64,000 nucleotides of DNA from Octopus vulgaris (GCA_951406725.2 OX597824.1:89094001-89158000), one strand, 5' to 3'; counted from the first letter of the stretch, positions 27,015 to 41,541 are shown. Made by a program: numbers and translations. The notes: a model not told the origin generated them from the sequence alone.

Positions 27015-27660
27015 TGTGTGTGCGTGTGTGTGTGAGGAAAAAAGGAAAAAGTACTTAAGACAAGAGTATAGCATATCATCATGCCGTAAATTTTCATCTT
27101 TAGTATACCATCCTCGCGACAGTTTGATTTGATGAAGTGTCCCTTTGGCCAATCTAGAATCGGAGCCTCAGCCCTTCTTTGAAGAAGGTCAACCACATTT
27201 ATGAGAATTTGTAATTCCAAGACGAAATGAAACATTTGACATTAAGGAAACAGTTTTGTTTAGTTTTGTATCAGAAATATTGTCGTTAGTCTAGCAAAAT
27301 TAACCGAATTTAGCGTTGTATGTCTTTCTTTTAGTAACAATGTTTCATTTTATTGTGAGGTTCTTGTTCCCCACCATTTTCCTAAAATCAAATGTATTTC
27401 ACATTATAAATTTCCTAATAGAGAAATAGGAGTTCTCAGTAATATGAATGATATGAAAGTTGCATTTCTTTGACAAAGTGTTTCTTCGAAAACATGACTT
27501 CAGAAGAAAAGCTTGGCTTCAGTCCATTATTAATCTTCCCTATAATAAGTAGCTGAACAAATTGGACACGCACTTAACAAAATAAAATATTAAGATAACA
27601 CGTCTGAACAACAAGAACTTAAACCCAAAATGACACGAAAGTTTGGTACTCTGATTCTTC

Positions 27661-27784
<124 letters not shown>

Positions 27785-28045
27785 GTATATATATATATAC
27801 AGTTGAAACACTCCTGTCACAACCTGGGACCTTGAAGACTGCTATATTGCAAGAAAGTATACTAGTCCCTTAATATTTGATATTCAATATTTCATCTATT
27901 CAATAAGACAATCAATACTTCATTTCATTTCACACTATATATACTATTTATACTATATATTCTATATTCTACATTAATATTATAAAGAATATAAATACAA
28001 CATAAAAAACAGAGTTGGAATTCCTTTGAAAAATATATATATACA

Positions 28046-28128
<83 letters not shown>

Positions 28129-28136
28129 ATGTATGT

Positions 28137-28253
<117 letters not shown>

Positions 28254-28263
28254 ATATGTACAT

Positions 28264-28308
<45 letters not shown>

Positions 28309-28313
28309 TATAG

Positions 28314-28346
<33 letters not shown>

Positions 28347-28352
28347 TGTATG

Positions 28353-28413
<61 letters not shown>

Positions 28414-28657
28414 TGTGTGTGTAATAGCAGGAATTAGACAAACCAAAACAGGCGCAAAAAATATTTTCCTTTAGAAAGTTGTGCATTCAAATTAATGATG
28501 TAAACAAGCCGTATCTTTACACCTGTTTCGGATAATCGATGACTGGTTCCGTAATCTTGTATACTATGTAATGAGGTCCATTGATGCTGTAGGTGTATGC
28601 AGGAAATTGTCTATAGATACATATGTGCATACATCTATACATACTCTCTCTCTCTCT

Positions 28658-28715
<58 letters not shown>

Positions 28716-28767
28716 CATACTTTTATATATATAAAGTGAGAAAAGTCTGTGCAGTCATATATATATA

Positions 28768-28884
28768 TATGAGTGCACAGCCTTTCCTCACTTAAAAAAA
28801 ATCTTCTTGCACAGGCATTGCACGATAACAACATTGATTAAGCTTCGTGCAATGGCCATACTCGATAACGTGGGGGCAGCCACC
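28768..28884 (+). mobile_element. 3' part of the bipartite RTE-derived element (see 48283-48777)
   Basis: Near-identical to the reverse complement of 48283-48398; ends CCATACTCGATAACGTGGGGGCAGCCACC. Confidence 0.75.
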
Positions 28885-29029
28885 ATATATATGTATGCAT
28901 GTGTGTATATATATATATATATATATATTGGTAAAACGGTAAGATAACAAAAGAAAGAAAGAGACCTCAATATTATGTAAATAGAGGAAATTTATCTATA
29001 CAATAATATGTTACATTACTCGATAGTCA

Positions 29030-29092
29030 AGATAAAACTCTGAGTTTCAGATGCCGAAGTGGAAATCCACAACACCATCTTTTCGGTTATCT
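29030..29092 (-). ncRNA. Hammerhead-like motif with CCGA core
   Basis: Minus strand: agataa-CCGAAA-AGATG..GTGGAttTCCAC..CATCT-GAAA-CTCAGAG-TT-ttatct. Stem I is 6 bp. Confidence 0.55.
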
Positions 29093-29232
29093 GGCTATTT
29101 GAAAACGCTATGAAAAAATACCGTTATATAAAGGGAAATTACTGTGTTATAACTCTGCTTGCCTGCGTACTTATACATCGCTCGCATTTTTCGTCATAAA
29201 AATTATATAAAAATACATAAAAATATATAAAA

Positions 29233-29709
29233 ACACAACAAGAAAACAGCTGTTCATGCAGGAATAAAGAATTGTGCCCGCTAAATGGAGCTTGCATGTC
29301 CAAGACCATCATATATGAAGCTACCGTAAACTCTATAACCACTAAAGACACCGTTTCGACGAAGAAATACGTGGGCCTTACAGAGGGTAATTTCTAGGCC
29401 AGGTTCAATAACCACACTTTGAGCTTTAGGCACCGGAACAAAAGAAAAGCGACACAATTATCTAATCATATTTGGTCTTTAAGAGATAAAGGTGTCGATT
29501 ATAACATACATTGGAAGATTTTGGCCAGATGTAAGCCCTATACCAACGGCAGCGGAAGGTGCGGTCTATGCGACATGGAGAGATGGCTTATCTGGAAAAG
29601 AAGCTTAGACCCTACTACATGTCTAAACACAAGGACAGAACTTTTCGGATCATGCCCATATGTGACTAAATTTCTGTTACGTTTTTGGTCCCCTAAAGAA
29701 AACAGATAG
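29233..29709 (+). pseudogene. Penelope-like element GIY-YIG endonuclease domain
   Basis: CSCRNKELCPLNGAC..IIYEATV..YVGLTEGNF*ARFNNHTLSFR..TQLSNHIWSL..WKIL..CGLCDME..LNTRTELFGSC, with one in-frame stop. Confidence 0.9.
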
Positions 29710-29739
29710 AACATGCTTTCTATGTTATGTCCCAAGAAG

Positions 29740-29785
<46 letters not shown>

Positions 29786-29987
29786 AAATAATTTGTACAA
29801 ATAAGTATAAGTCGAATTGTGTGCTTAAATGTTGAGTAGAACACCGGCCCATTTTAGGCTACCTGGTGTCATTCGCAATTGTGGTACCCTTCCTTTGGAT
29901 CCACTTTAGGAATCTCCTCAGTGCCAGTTAGGGTATGTAACAACAAGCCAGCCGACACTAAAAATCTCTAGTGAGGCATCTTTATCA

Positions 29988-30042
29988 ATGTAGTTGAAGA
30001 GATCCAGACTGATGGGTCGAAACATGCGTTGTACCTAATAAA
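29988..30042 (+). ncRNA. Degenerate hammerhead plus polyA signal in the Penelope 3' pLTR
   Basis: TTGAAGA-GATCC-agactgat-GGGTC-GAAA-CATGCG-TT-gtac, then AATAAA at 30037; lies downstream of the GIY-YIG ORF. Confidence 0.55.
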
Positions 30043-30694
30043 AGTCTAATACGAAATCCATCTCATATTAATTGATATGTATGTATGTATGTATGTATGT
30101 ATGCATGCATGCATGCATGTATGTATGTATGCGTGTGTGTGTGTATGTATGCATGTGAGTATGTATGTATGTCTGTATGTCTGTCTGTGTGTATGTATGT
30201 ATGTGAGTATGTATGTATGTATGTATGTATGTATGTATGTATGTATGTATGTCTGTATATATGTGTGTATCTATCAAAATGATTAAAACTCTCTCGGGTT
30301 GACACCTTATTAAACGGGATGTTTATCCTTGAAAGGGACACCTGTTGGCCATGGGGCCGCCCCTCAAAGCTGCTGTTGATAAACAGCTAAGTACGCTAAA
30401 GCTACGAGAAACGAAAGAACTTTCTGAAGAACCCATCGTGCTACTCGATCTGAGATTCGAACTTACAGCCGTTCGACTGTAGGCGCAATACACCAGTCAC
30501 TGGGTCACATGGCTTCATACACGCAAGCAACACGCATTCACACAACAAACAGATATATAAGTATTTTCACTTTGTGCGTATATATGTGTGCGTGTGTATA
30601 ACTGTTATAAGTGTGCGTATGTGCACACTTATACACACACACATATAAGTGTGAGTCTGTGTGTGTGTACGTGCGTGTTTGTATGTGTATGTGT

Positions 30695-30728
<34 letters not shown>

Positions 30729-30856
30729 CAGGGTGGGTTGGTGATATTAAGAAAACATTTTCAATATTTCAACAATTCCAAATGTCAGGATGATAAATAG
30801 TTTTCATGATTTATTCACTTCTATGGTATACACACATACATATAAGCACACACACG

Positions 30857-30921
<65 letters not shown>

Positions 30922-31235
30922 CAATGTATATATATGTGTGCATGTGTGTATGCGTGGGTATGTGTGTATGCATGTATGTATGTCTCAAACTCACACTCTA
31001 CACACGAGTGCATAAGACTCAGTATTACATGCAGCTAAGTATTTGGAAATAATTTCGCAGCCATTTTCAGTTTTTGATTTGATGACGTTAAACTTTAAAT
31101 TACACACTTTAAATATTTGCTGTATTTAATTTTCCGTTCAATCTCAATCAAACTGTATTTATTTACTCTCGGCTTCATCTTATTGGCTGGAAACAACTTT
31201 TCCCGCCTGCACCATTCAGCCTCACACATTTTACT

Positions 31236-31437
31236 CTTTTACTCTTTTACTTGTTTCAGTCATTTTGAATGCGGCCATGCTGGAGCACCGCCTTTAATTG
31301 AGCAACTCGACCCCGGGACTTATTCTTTTTTGTAAGCCCAGTACTTATTCTATCGGTCTCTTTTGCCGAACCGCTAAGTAACGGGGACATAAACACACCA
31401 GCATCGGTTGTCAAACAATGCTAGGGGCACGAACACA

Positions 31438-31510
<73 letters not shown>

Positions 31511-31670
31511 GACAGGCTTCTTTCAGTTTCCATCTACCAAATCCACTCACAAGGCATTGGTCGGCCCGGGGCTATAGCGGAAGACACTTGCCCAAGGTGC
31601 CACGCAGTGGGACTGAACCCTGAACCATGTGGTTGGTTAGCAAGCTACTTACCACACAGCCACTCCTGCG
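31236..31670 (-). mobile_element. Full-length SINE family A
   Basis: Complete reverse-complement copy with internal (CA)/(TA)n. Confidence 0.9.
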
Positions 31671-32604
31671 TAAATGTATTCGACGTTTTTTGCCACAGTT
31701 ATTCCTTCTTCCCCTCTAGTACATCCATAACCGATCATCCCAAGCCAAATTCCAAGTCATCGATCTCATTGATTCTGCTAACAACCAACCATATTTTATC
31801 GCACAACCTATAAATACTGCCCCAGGCGGTGAGCTGGCAGTACCTTTAGAACGTCGGCTCTTTACTTTCTGAGTTCGATTCCCATAGGGACCAACTTTAC
31901 CTTTCATTCGTTCGGGGTCGATAAAAATAAAGTACTCTCTAAGTACTGGGTCGATGTAATCAACTTGCCCTTCCTTCAAAATTGCTGGTCTCGAACCCTG
32001 CAACCTTGAATTGGAGACTCGTTCAGAGGAGATGTTGTGATGTCTTATTCGCCATGGAAACCGGGTACCGTCCTTATGAGTCGTAAGGTTCGAGAAAAAA
32101 AAAATTCTGTCGCCATCTGTTCGTTAGTGAAACGGTTCTTAATTTTTGTGAAAAGTTCCAACAGAATTTGGTGAAGGCGTAATTTGCGCTATGTACAACT
32201 GGGGCCTACGATTGAATTTGTTACGACATTCAAGGTATCTTGTCTCCGTGGTACCTTGACTGGTTGAAATGCAAACAGTATCACAAAATGTGACAGCAGA
32301 GAAGAATCACAGACACAAGGACATACACACATATACACGTACGTGAGAGTCATACACACACACACACACACACACACATACACACATATGTGTGTGTGGG
32401 GGTGGGGGTGGCTATGGGATTCTTTCAGTTTCCGTCTACCAAATCCACTCAAAAAGATTTGGTTGGCCCGGGGCATACTAGGAAACATTAGCCTTAGGTG
32501 CCACGTAGTAGGACTGAACCCGGAACTATGTGTTTGGGACGCAAGCTTCTTTACCACACAGTCTCATCTGCATTTTGAATTAAAATCATGGACTTAAACA
32601 GTCT

Positions 32605-32692
<88 letters not shown>

Positions 32693-33002
32693 GGCGGTGA
32701 TATTGCTGTTTCTGTAGAGAAAGCAATGTATTACCGGTTTATCGTAATCCATTTTACGAAAACCTGCATCGAAATTCAGATTTGAGATAAAATCATATTC
32801 CTGAATGTTAATCCCCACTAGAAACAAATCTACATCGAAAATAAAACGAAGAAAAATAAAATAAATTATGCCATTAAAAACAAAGTGAATTCACGTCATC
32901 GTGTATTAAATACATCACTCAAAAGCTGTAAAACAAAATGTATTTCATAGCCAAGCACACACTTTCAATTGTTTTACGACGTACACACACACACACACAC
33001 AT

Positions 33003-33062
<60 letters not shown>

Positions 33063-33084
33063 TCAAATATGAGATACAAGCAGC

Positions 33085-33276
33085 ACTAGTCTGCCGGGCA
33101 AAATGCATAGCGGCATTTCGTCCGTCTTTACGTTCTGAGTTCAAATACCGCCTAGGTCGACTTCGACTTTCATTCTTTCGCGGCCGATAGAATAAGTACC
33201 AGCAAAACACTCGGGTCGATGTAATCGACTAGGCCCCTCCCACTAGATTTCAGGCCTTGCGCCTTCAGCAGAAAGG

Positions 33277-33280
<4 letters not shown>
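33085..33280 (+). mobile_element. SINE family B (single unit) ending in (ATT)n
   Basis: B box, core and tail CAGGCCTTGCGCC..GAAAGGATTATT. Confidence 0.75.
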
Positions 33281-33339
<59 letters not shown>

Positions 33340-33467
33340 GTTATTATTATTACTATTATTATTATTATTACCTCCGCCTTAGCAAAGGCAGAGGTATTGT
33401 TTTCAATATTTAGAATTAGGGTTCAGCTAACTGCTTCACCACATACCATTCTATTTTTAATTTAGTA

Positions 33468-33566
<99 letters not shown>

Positions 33567-33786
33567 TGCATGCATATGTGTGTGTATATATATATATATA
33601 TATATGTGTGTGTATATATGTATGTACGTATAATCGATGGCTTCCACACAGTTTCCGTCTACCAAATTTACCCAAAATGCATTAGTCGCTCTGGCGCGAA
33701 AGCAGGAGACATTTGCCCGAAGTGCAGTGCAATAGGATTGAACTCAAAAGAGACGTGTGGTTGCGAAGAGAACTTCTGTACCACAG

Positions 33787-33826
<40 letters not shown>

Positions 33827-34382
33827 ATGTCATATCTGAGTAAACGCGTGAGCCTTCACACATATACATACAAATACATTATCACACAACTTATGAACGT
33901 CTCTTTCATTTAGACATGTACGCACACATCTCAACATCTGTTCTGAAACATATCTTAACCCTATACTGATACAGACAATGAGAAATCCGGCGAAGTCAAG
34001 ACACACGGATGTTTTTATAGGATATACAGCCACACCCCTGATATAAATCTATTATCAACCTGTTTGATATGTAATATGACTATCGGATATCTCATGGCTC
34101 CTGTGAATATCCAGGAAAATTCCGTGTGGTCCTTGAAAAGTATATAGCTAAGTATCAAATGATACTGACAAGAAATTACCCATCTGTTTCTGCTATGTGG
34201 GATGTCAATGACACACGATTCGATGGCTTCTAGCATTACATACAATGTACGCATGTATGTGTGTGTATACATGTATTGTGTGTGTGCGTGTGCGAGTGTG
34301 TGAATGTAAATATGTATTCATGTATGTGTGTGTGTATATATATACATACATATATTATATGAATATATGTATATATACATGC

Positions 34383-34416
<34 letters not shown>

Positions 34417-34431
34417 TTCTTGTTTGGATTA

Positions 34432-34478
<47 letters not shown>

Positions 34479-34487
34479 ATACGTACA

Positions 34488-34547
<60 letters not shown>

Positions 34548-35317
34548 ACCAAGTAAGTTAAGGGTTATGGATTCAACCCACTAAGGGATAGTATTTATCC
34601 AATATACTGTTGGTATAATACCCGTATTCTTAATACACAAATGTTTATAATTGCAATGCAATTAACTTATTTATTGTATTAAACAGTTGAAGGTAATTAA
34701 ATATTTAACCATTAATTTTTAATACAAATAAGAAAATGGAAAAACAATTTAGTTGGTTTATCAGCTTTGGGATATTAGAATGTTGAATTATTTATTCATT
34801 TAACAAAAATAAGAAGCTTACGTATATACATTATAATTCAATACATATAAGATAAGAATACAATTATAAAAATCATAATATGAATTATATATACATACAT
34901 ATATACATATTTATCATTATTATTATTAGTAGTAGTAGTAAGAATAATGATAATGATAATAAAACACACACACATACAAACACATACACGTACAAACACA
35001 CACACACAAACACACACACACACACGCACACACAAACATACACAAACATACACATACAAACACACACACACACACATATACACAAAAGCACACACTCAAA
35101 CACACAAATATCTTGGACTCTGTCGTCGTTAGACAACGTATGAGGGTTCAGCAAATCCTTGCTGAACAACCACACAGATGATTTGTTTATAGTGATCGAA
35201 TCTCTGTGATCACATAAGCTCACGACCTCCATCAAATCGACAATACCTGTACAGGTGCACCGTGTGCCACATGTCCAAATGAAGTGCTGGGAATCGAAGC
35301 CACGATGTCGCAATATA

Positions 35318-35610
35318 TATCGCCGTGACCGACCAGGCTATGAGATGTTGCTACACATCGCTGGCCACAATGCGTTTCGCATTGTTTTAGCCTTCAAATG
35401 ACACCACCTCGCTGACTAAGCGAGAAGGCCAACAGGAAGTAAGAGTGAGAGAAAGTTGTGGCGAAAGAGTACAGCAGGGATCACCACCATCCCTGTCGGA
35501 GCATCGTGGAGCTTTAGGGGTTTTCGCTCAATAAACACTCACAACGCCCGGTCTGGGAACCGCGATCCTACGACCGCGAGTCCGCTACCCTAACCACTGG
35601 GCCATTGCGC

Positions 35611-35613
<3 letters not shown>
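35318..35613 (-). mobile_element. SINE family C with tail type 4
   Basis: Family C head; tail matches 49880-49990. Confidence 0.85.
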
Positions 35614-35663
<50 letters not shown>

Positions 35664-35665
<2 letters not shown>

Positions 35666-36706
35666 CTTATATAAACTTAGATATGTTTCGACCAAAGATT
35701 GGTCCAGGCCATGTCTAACTTAATAGCACCACCTGATAGGATTATTCGAATCCTGTTTAAGTCAAGTTTTGTTCAAGTAGTGAGTTCTTGTTGGGTGAGT
35801 TGTATCCAATTATGGGTGGCTTATCTGGTATTCTTTGAAGGAATCTATCCAGACTGTGTTTAAAGTTGATGGGATCCTTTTCCTTTTTGATCTCCTTCGG
35901 GACAATGTTAAATAGGGCAGGGCCTGTTGAGGAAAAGAAATTATGTTGCAGTGTACATGTATGTTGGGATCTTGAATTGGGCAGGGGACGTATAGCCCGT
36001 GGTCCAAGTCTTGGATGAACCTTGAAGCTAATGTTTAGGCAAGTTGGCGGTATATTTTCCACATCGTACAAATGATGTACCGCTCACGGCGACGCTGGAG
36101 GGAGTAAAGTTTCAAGGCTTTAAGGCGATCCCAATAATCGAGAGCAGCCATGCCTTCAATTTGTTTAGTGAGTGCCCTCTGGGGTGACTCAATTCTGGAG
36201 ATGTTTTGTCTTGTGTGAGGAGACCACAGTGGGCAGCAGTATTCAAGGTGTGGCCGTACAAAGGAGGAAAAAAGTGGTATGATGACACCTTGTTCTCTGG
36301 ACCGGAAAGTTCTTAAGATCCAGGAACTCATCCTACGAGCTATATCGACCTTCTTGTTGATGTGTGCACTCCAACTGAGATCGTCATCAACAATTACACC
36401 CAGGTCTCTGATATTGTTAGAGGCTGTGAGTGGTTCCCCTGAAGGAAGAGAGTATGGTTGTTTTAGTGCGGAATTTCTTCCAAAATGCATCAGCTCAAAT
36501 TTTCCCTCATTCAGTTGCATCTTGTTTCTGTCTGCCCATTGACTCACAGCATATAGATCAGACTGGAGTTGAGTTCGGTCTGCTTCTTCATTGACGATTT
36601 GCTGGAGCTTAGTGTCATCAGCAAATATTTTCACTTTGCAGTAATGTACGACACTGGAAAGGACGTTTACGTAAATTATGAAGAGTAGCGGACCCAAAAC
36701 AGTTCC

Positions 36707-36709
<3 letters not shown>
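35664..36709 (-). pseudogene. 5'-truncated CR1-group LINE (RT C-terminal half plus 3' UTR) inserted in (TA)n
   Basis: QGTVLGPLLFIIYVN..FADDTKL..LQSDL..RDLGVIVD..VRPHLEYC..LWSP..LYSLQRRRER. One frameshift near 36040; (TA)n on both sides. Confidence 0.95.
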
Positions 36710-36757
<48 letters not shown>

Positions 36758-36807
36758 AGTGTGGCTGTCGGTGTGTGTATGTTTGTGTGTATTTTGTTTA
36801 CATAACT

Positions 36808-36863
36808 TTCGTCTGACGAGCGTGCTGTCACGTGAAACTGGAAATGAATCCAGTTGAAATAAA
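36808..36863 (+). ncRNA. Hammerhead-like motif with canonical CTGANGA core, followed by AATAAA
   Basis: ttcgt-CTGACGA-GCGTG-ctgt-CACGT-GAAA-CTGGA-aatgaa-TCCAG-TT-gaaa. The cleavage-site/stem I junction is imperfect. Confidence 0.6.
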
Positions 36864-36949
36864 CTGTACAGTCATTAGCACAGGTATTCTGTACTGTCTT
36901 GCTCATTCATCGGCAGGAAATAGCGTTTAAATATACCAATAAACATTAC

Positions 36950-37135
36950 TTTGTCCGTCGTTGACGACGATGATCAAGGATATCACGAAAGAGACGGAGA
37001 CGGGACACGGTGGGTGCGGCTGATACCAAGCAGTTCGATGCATGCTCGGAAGGCTCTGCCGCAGTTTGGACACTTGTGATGTCTTGGGACTGAAGGCGAA
37101 GATTTAGCTCTGGACTTGCGCAGTTCGCATTTTGT
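36950..37135 (-). pseudogene. RTE LINE 3' end (zinc finger plus UTR)
   Basis: LRKSRAKS..HKCPNCGRAFRACIEL..SRTH, then terminus GATCATCGTCGTCAACGACGGAC. Confidence 0.75.
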
Positions 37136-37158
37136 TTGTGTCCTTGCATGTCTGTATG

Positions 37159-37237
<79 letters not shown>

Positions 37238-37670
37238 ACGCGTTCGAGCGTGTGTCCTAGTTTAGTGATTTTTATATAATTTAAAATGCTATATAATATA
37301 ACAACATAGATATACAACTTAATATGTACTACAGTTTCTAATAAATAGAAGAATTTTACAGAGTATATAATTTGATATATTATCACCTGGTAATATTATC
37401 AACACACATATGAAATGAAAAACTCAATAAACGTAAGATTATGTTTGGTATCCAATCATAAACTGGTAATTGACTTAGAAGCAAAATACATACCGTTAGC
37501 AATAACAAATTTCAAGCACACAATCTGTTAGATATAAAAATTTATAAGTTGAGATAGTAATATGAAAATTATAAGTTTTATGACCTTTATCGTTGTATTG
37601 GACATATAAGTAGCACACTTTCTCGTCGATTGACTATGCACCTGCAACGTTTACAAATTTTACAGATTTG

Positions 37671-38003
37671 CTGTGATTCTCAGCCATTTGTTTCATCTAC
37701 AGACCCCTTTTGATTAATATTCTGTTCCCGTGGATCCCTATAGTCATTTGATATTTAAAAGCTAGTTTTATAAACTTCTTTCAAGATTCCTATCTGATTT
37801 TTCTCACATTAACTCGTGTAAGTTGAACTATGTAAAAACATTCGACAGCCGTTTCTTACAATAAATACATCTAAAGCTCAAACTTTTTTCATGAACCCTT
37901 AATAGATTGCTGCGGGTCCTCAGTTTACTATTTTGCTTGTATGGGTCCCAAAACATCTTATACGGGCCTCAGGAATCATATGGACCCAGAGTGAGAATCG
38001 CTG
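37671..38003. mobile_element. Degenerate hAT/Charlie-like MITE
   Basis: Imperfect TIRs CTGTGATTCTCA / TGAGAATCGCTG resembling CAGTGGTTCTCA; no clear TSD. Confidence 0.45.
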
Positions 38004-38471
38004 ACATTAAGGAAAGATACATAGAAGAATATTTGTTAACATAACAGCCTCGTATAGAACTGATGAGTTCGAGTTGGCAGATTAAATGCATGGAATATTC
38101 AAAAGATAACTAGATATACAAATGTAGTCAAAAATAAACATTTGTCGATTTTTTAAAAGAATTTCCGTATTTTTTCAACAAAACATGAAATAGGGGTGGA
38201 TGTTTTCAAGAAACAACTTGACCTCCTGTCTATTAAGGCGGCAAGCTGGCAGAAACATTAGCACGCCGGGCGAAATGCTTAGCGGTATTTCGTCTGCCGT
38301 TACGTTCTTAGTTCAAATTCCGCCGAGGTCGACTTTGCCTTTCATCCTTTCAGGAGCATCTTTTTTTGCATCATAGAATCTAAGTAATCGAAGTATTCAT
38401 AAAAAAAACAAATGCTGCTGAAACAGCTGTGAATTCTTAAACTCCATTTGTGTTTTGTCTGTTAGTCTGTC

Positions 38472-38504
<33 letters not shown>

Positions 38505-38520
38505 GTCTCTCTCTCCCTCT

Positions 38521-38920
38521 AAGTGGCTGTGTGGTAAGTAGCTTGCTTACCAACCACATGGTTCCGGGTTCAGCCCCACTGCGTGGCACATTGGACAAGT
38601 GTCTTCTGCTATAGCCTCCGGCCGACCAAAGCTGTGTGAGTGGATTTGGTAGAAGGAAACTGAAAAGAAGCCCGTCGTATATATGCATATGTATATATAT
38701 ATGTGTCTGTATGTGTTTGTGTGTCTGCGTCCCCCCCTCAACGTCGCTTGACAACTGATGCTGGTGTGTTTACGTCCCCGTAACTTAGCGGTTCGGCATA
38801 AAAGACCGATAGAATAAGTACTAGGCTTCCAAAGAATAAGTACTGGGCTCGATTTGCTAGACTAAAGGCGGTGCCCCAGCATGGCCATAGTCAAATGACT
38901 GAAACAAGTAAAAGAGTAAA
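38521..38920 (+). mobile_element. SINE family A
   Basis: Near full-length match to 11552-11953. Confidence 0.9.
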
Positions 38921-38927
38921 TAGTATG

Positions 38928-38995
<68 letters not shown>

Positions 38996-39446
38996 TTGCC
39001 CTTGATTTGAAACCACGTGATGGAACTGACTCGCTTAAATCATGCAAGCATAAATTTTAGGCCAATTAAAATCATCCAAAGTCTGTACTCTTGACTTGCT
39101 GAGCACTTTATTTTAGCTACTAGATTGTGCGGTATGATTTCAGTTAAACTTCTAGGACCACGACACTGAAGTAATTTCACTGAAACAAAATGGAACTATG
39201 TCGAACACCAGGTCTGAGAAATGCGATAAAAATTCTTGACACTTTGGTGTGGCAGGTAATAATATTTAGATATTTATCAAAAGTAAAGGAGTAAAATCCA
39301 TTTTGCTCTGTGCAATTGTTTATCTAGGTGTATGTTTATCGTGAAGCATCTCAACAGACTTAGATATTTGGTATCCTCATAATATTATTTATTTTTGCTA
39401 TCCTTTCTCCTTGAAGATGCCTCATTCAATAGCTGTCATTCTCTCA

Positions 39447-39559
<113 letters not shown>

Positions 39560-39980
39560 GTCTGTCTGTCTGACTGTCTGTCTGTCTAACTATACTATCT
39601 ATCTATGTCTGTCTATGTCTATCTATACATACATACAAACATACATACATACACACATACATACATACACACATACATACACCACACATACATTCATATA
39701 TACATACATACATACATATATATACATACATACACACATGCATACACACACATACATTCATATATACATACATACATACATATATACATACATACATGCA
39801 TGCATACACACATACATACATATATACATGCATACATACATACATACATACATACATACATACATACATACATACATACATGCATACATACATACATACA
39901 TACATACATACATACATACATACATACATACATACATACATACATACATACATACATACATACATACATACATACATACG

Positions 39981-40672
39981 TAAAAAGGAATACTGGTGAA
40001 ACGTACGAGTGAACACCTTAATAAAATGTAAGCACAACAGACCTGATATTAATGACTTGGGATAGAGAAAAGAAAATGTGCACCATTGTGGAAAATAGCT
40101 GCGCAGCGAATGTTAACATAAAGCTGAAGATCAATGAAAAAGAGAACACCTAGGCTGAACTATTGAGAAATCTGCGGTTACTCTATCTCTATCCAGATTA
40201 CAGTTTATAGCTGTAATTATTGGGGTCCTGGGATATGTAACACACTGCCTAAATACCAATCTTGAGAAATTAAGCTTCTCAAAACCAGAAAGGAGAAAGC
40301 TAATTCGAAGTCTACATATCCAATCCATCATTGGAACTGTTAAAATCTGTAAAACTTTCCAAAAGTTTATCATTTAAATATATATGAGCATGTCTAGATA
40401 TGTAACCATATGCATGAGAATACTTGCATAAAACAAAACATACAAATCTATACATACGTACATACGTACGTACGTACATACATACATACATACATACATA
40501 CATACATACATACATACATACATGCATACACACATATACGTAGTGCATACATACATACGAACAAAAATACCCTGTTGTTGATGTTGAAATTCCAAGGAAG
40601 GAACCTTGTATCTAGGTTAGAAACCGGTTCTTTCTCTACTCGCAACAAATTTTGAAATAAACTGAATAATGA
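39981..40672 (+). pseudogene. Dong/R4-type LINE 3' fragment (restriction-like endonuclease) embedded in (CATA)n
   Basis: KEYW*NV..KCKHNRPDI..WDREKKMCTIVE..EKENT*AELLRNL..VIIGVLGYVTHCLNTNLEKL..IGTVKICKTFQKFII*. The UTR ends in ACATACATA. Confidence 0.85.
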
Positions 40673-41541
40673 CATACATATATGATTTCTAATCGAAACT
40701 CAAATATTATTTTTATAGGGAGAGAAGAGTGGTTCAGATCTGACTTCAGTGTCACACTGCGTCTTATATAAACATTCTTGGAAGAATGATACGCATCGTC
40801 ACACGTGAGCACCTCCCACACACACACACAGACACTTACACACAGACTCATAAACAAACATAGAATATGAGGCAACATATATAATGGATTGCCTTGTTGT
40901 TGTTGCTTAGCCCAAGTCAGATCTGATAGAGCAGATATGCGATCAACGACACTCCAGAAATGACAATCCTGCCATTTTTTCCAGTCCATCTAGAACTACA
41001 TTATTCAATCTGCTTTTCTCCCCATTTAAGTCGTGGTTAGTAATCTGGGGACAACATGGACACACATAATGCTTACATAAATACATACACACACACACAC
41101 ATATACATACATACATACATGTATACATACCTAGGTACATATATAATTATTTCTAATGTTTGTTATATTTTGCGATTACACATAGCGTCACAGGTGCTCT
41201 CAGGTGGAAATAAAGCACTACTTCATCTCTAAGTATAAGCATAGAAAGAATACAACGGGAATTCTTTAAAATTTGAATTATTGATAATGTTTTATGCATC
41301 TGCTGTTAATGTTTGCACAATATTGTTTACATGAAACCCCACCCACGTATATATATGCAACATGACCGCAGCCGCATGGCTGACACGAATAAAAGAATGA
41401 AGGAATACACACATATATGTGTGTATATGTAAATATATATATAATATATACACTCAAACATATTTATTTGATATATATATATATATATATATATTTGAAT
41501 GTATATGTGTATATATATGTTTGTGTATATATATGTATATG

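Noticed and set aside
26960-27235. Non-repetitive minus-strand ORFs as host exons
   Set aside because: No recognisable domain and no convincing splice sites.
35680-35735. GACCAA-tct-TTGGTC-GAAAC on minus as a hammerhead
   Set aside because: There is no CUGANGA-like box upstream; it is the CR1 3' UTR stem-loop.
40123-40145. CTGAAGA-tcaat-GAAA (also at 51521)
   Set aside because: It lies in Dong endonuclease coding sequence (KLKINEK) and has no stem II.
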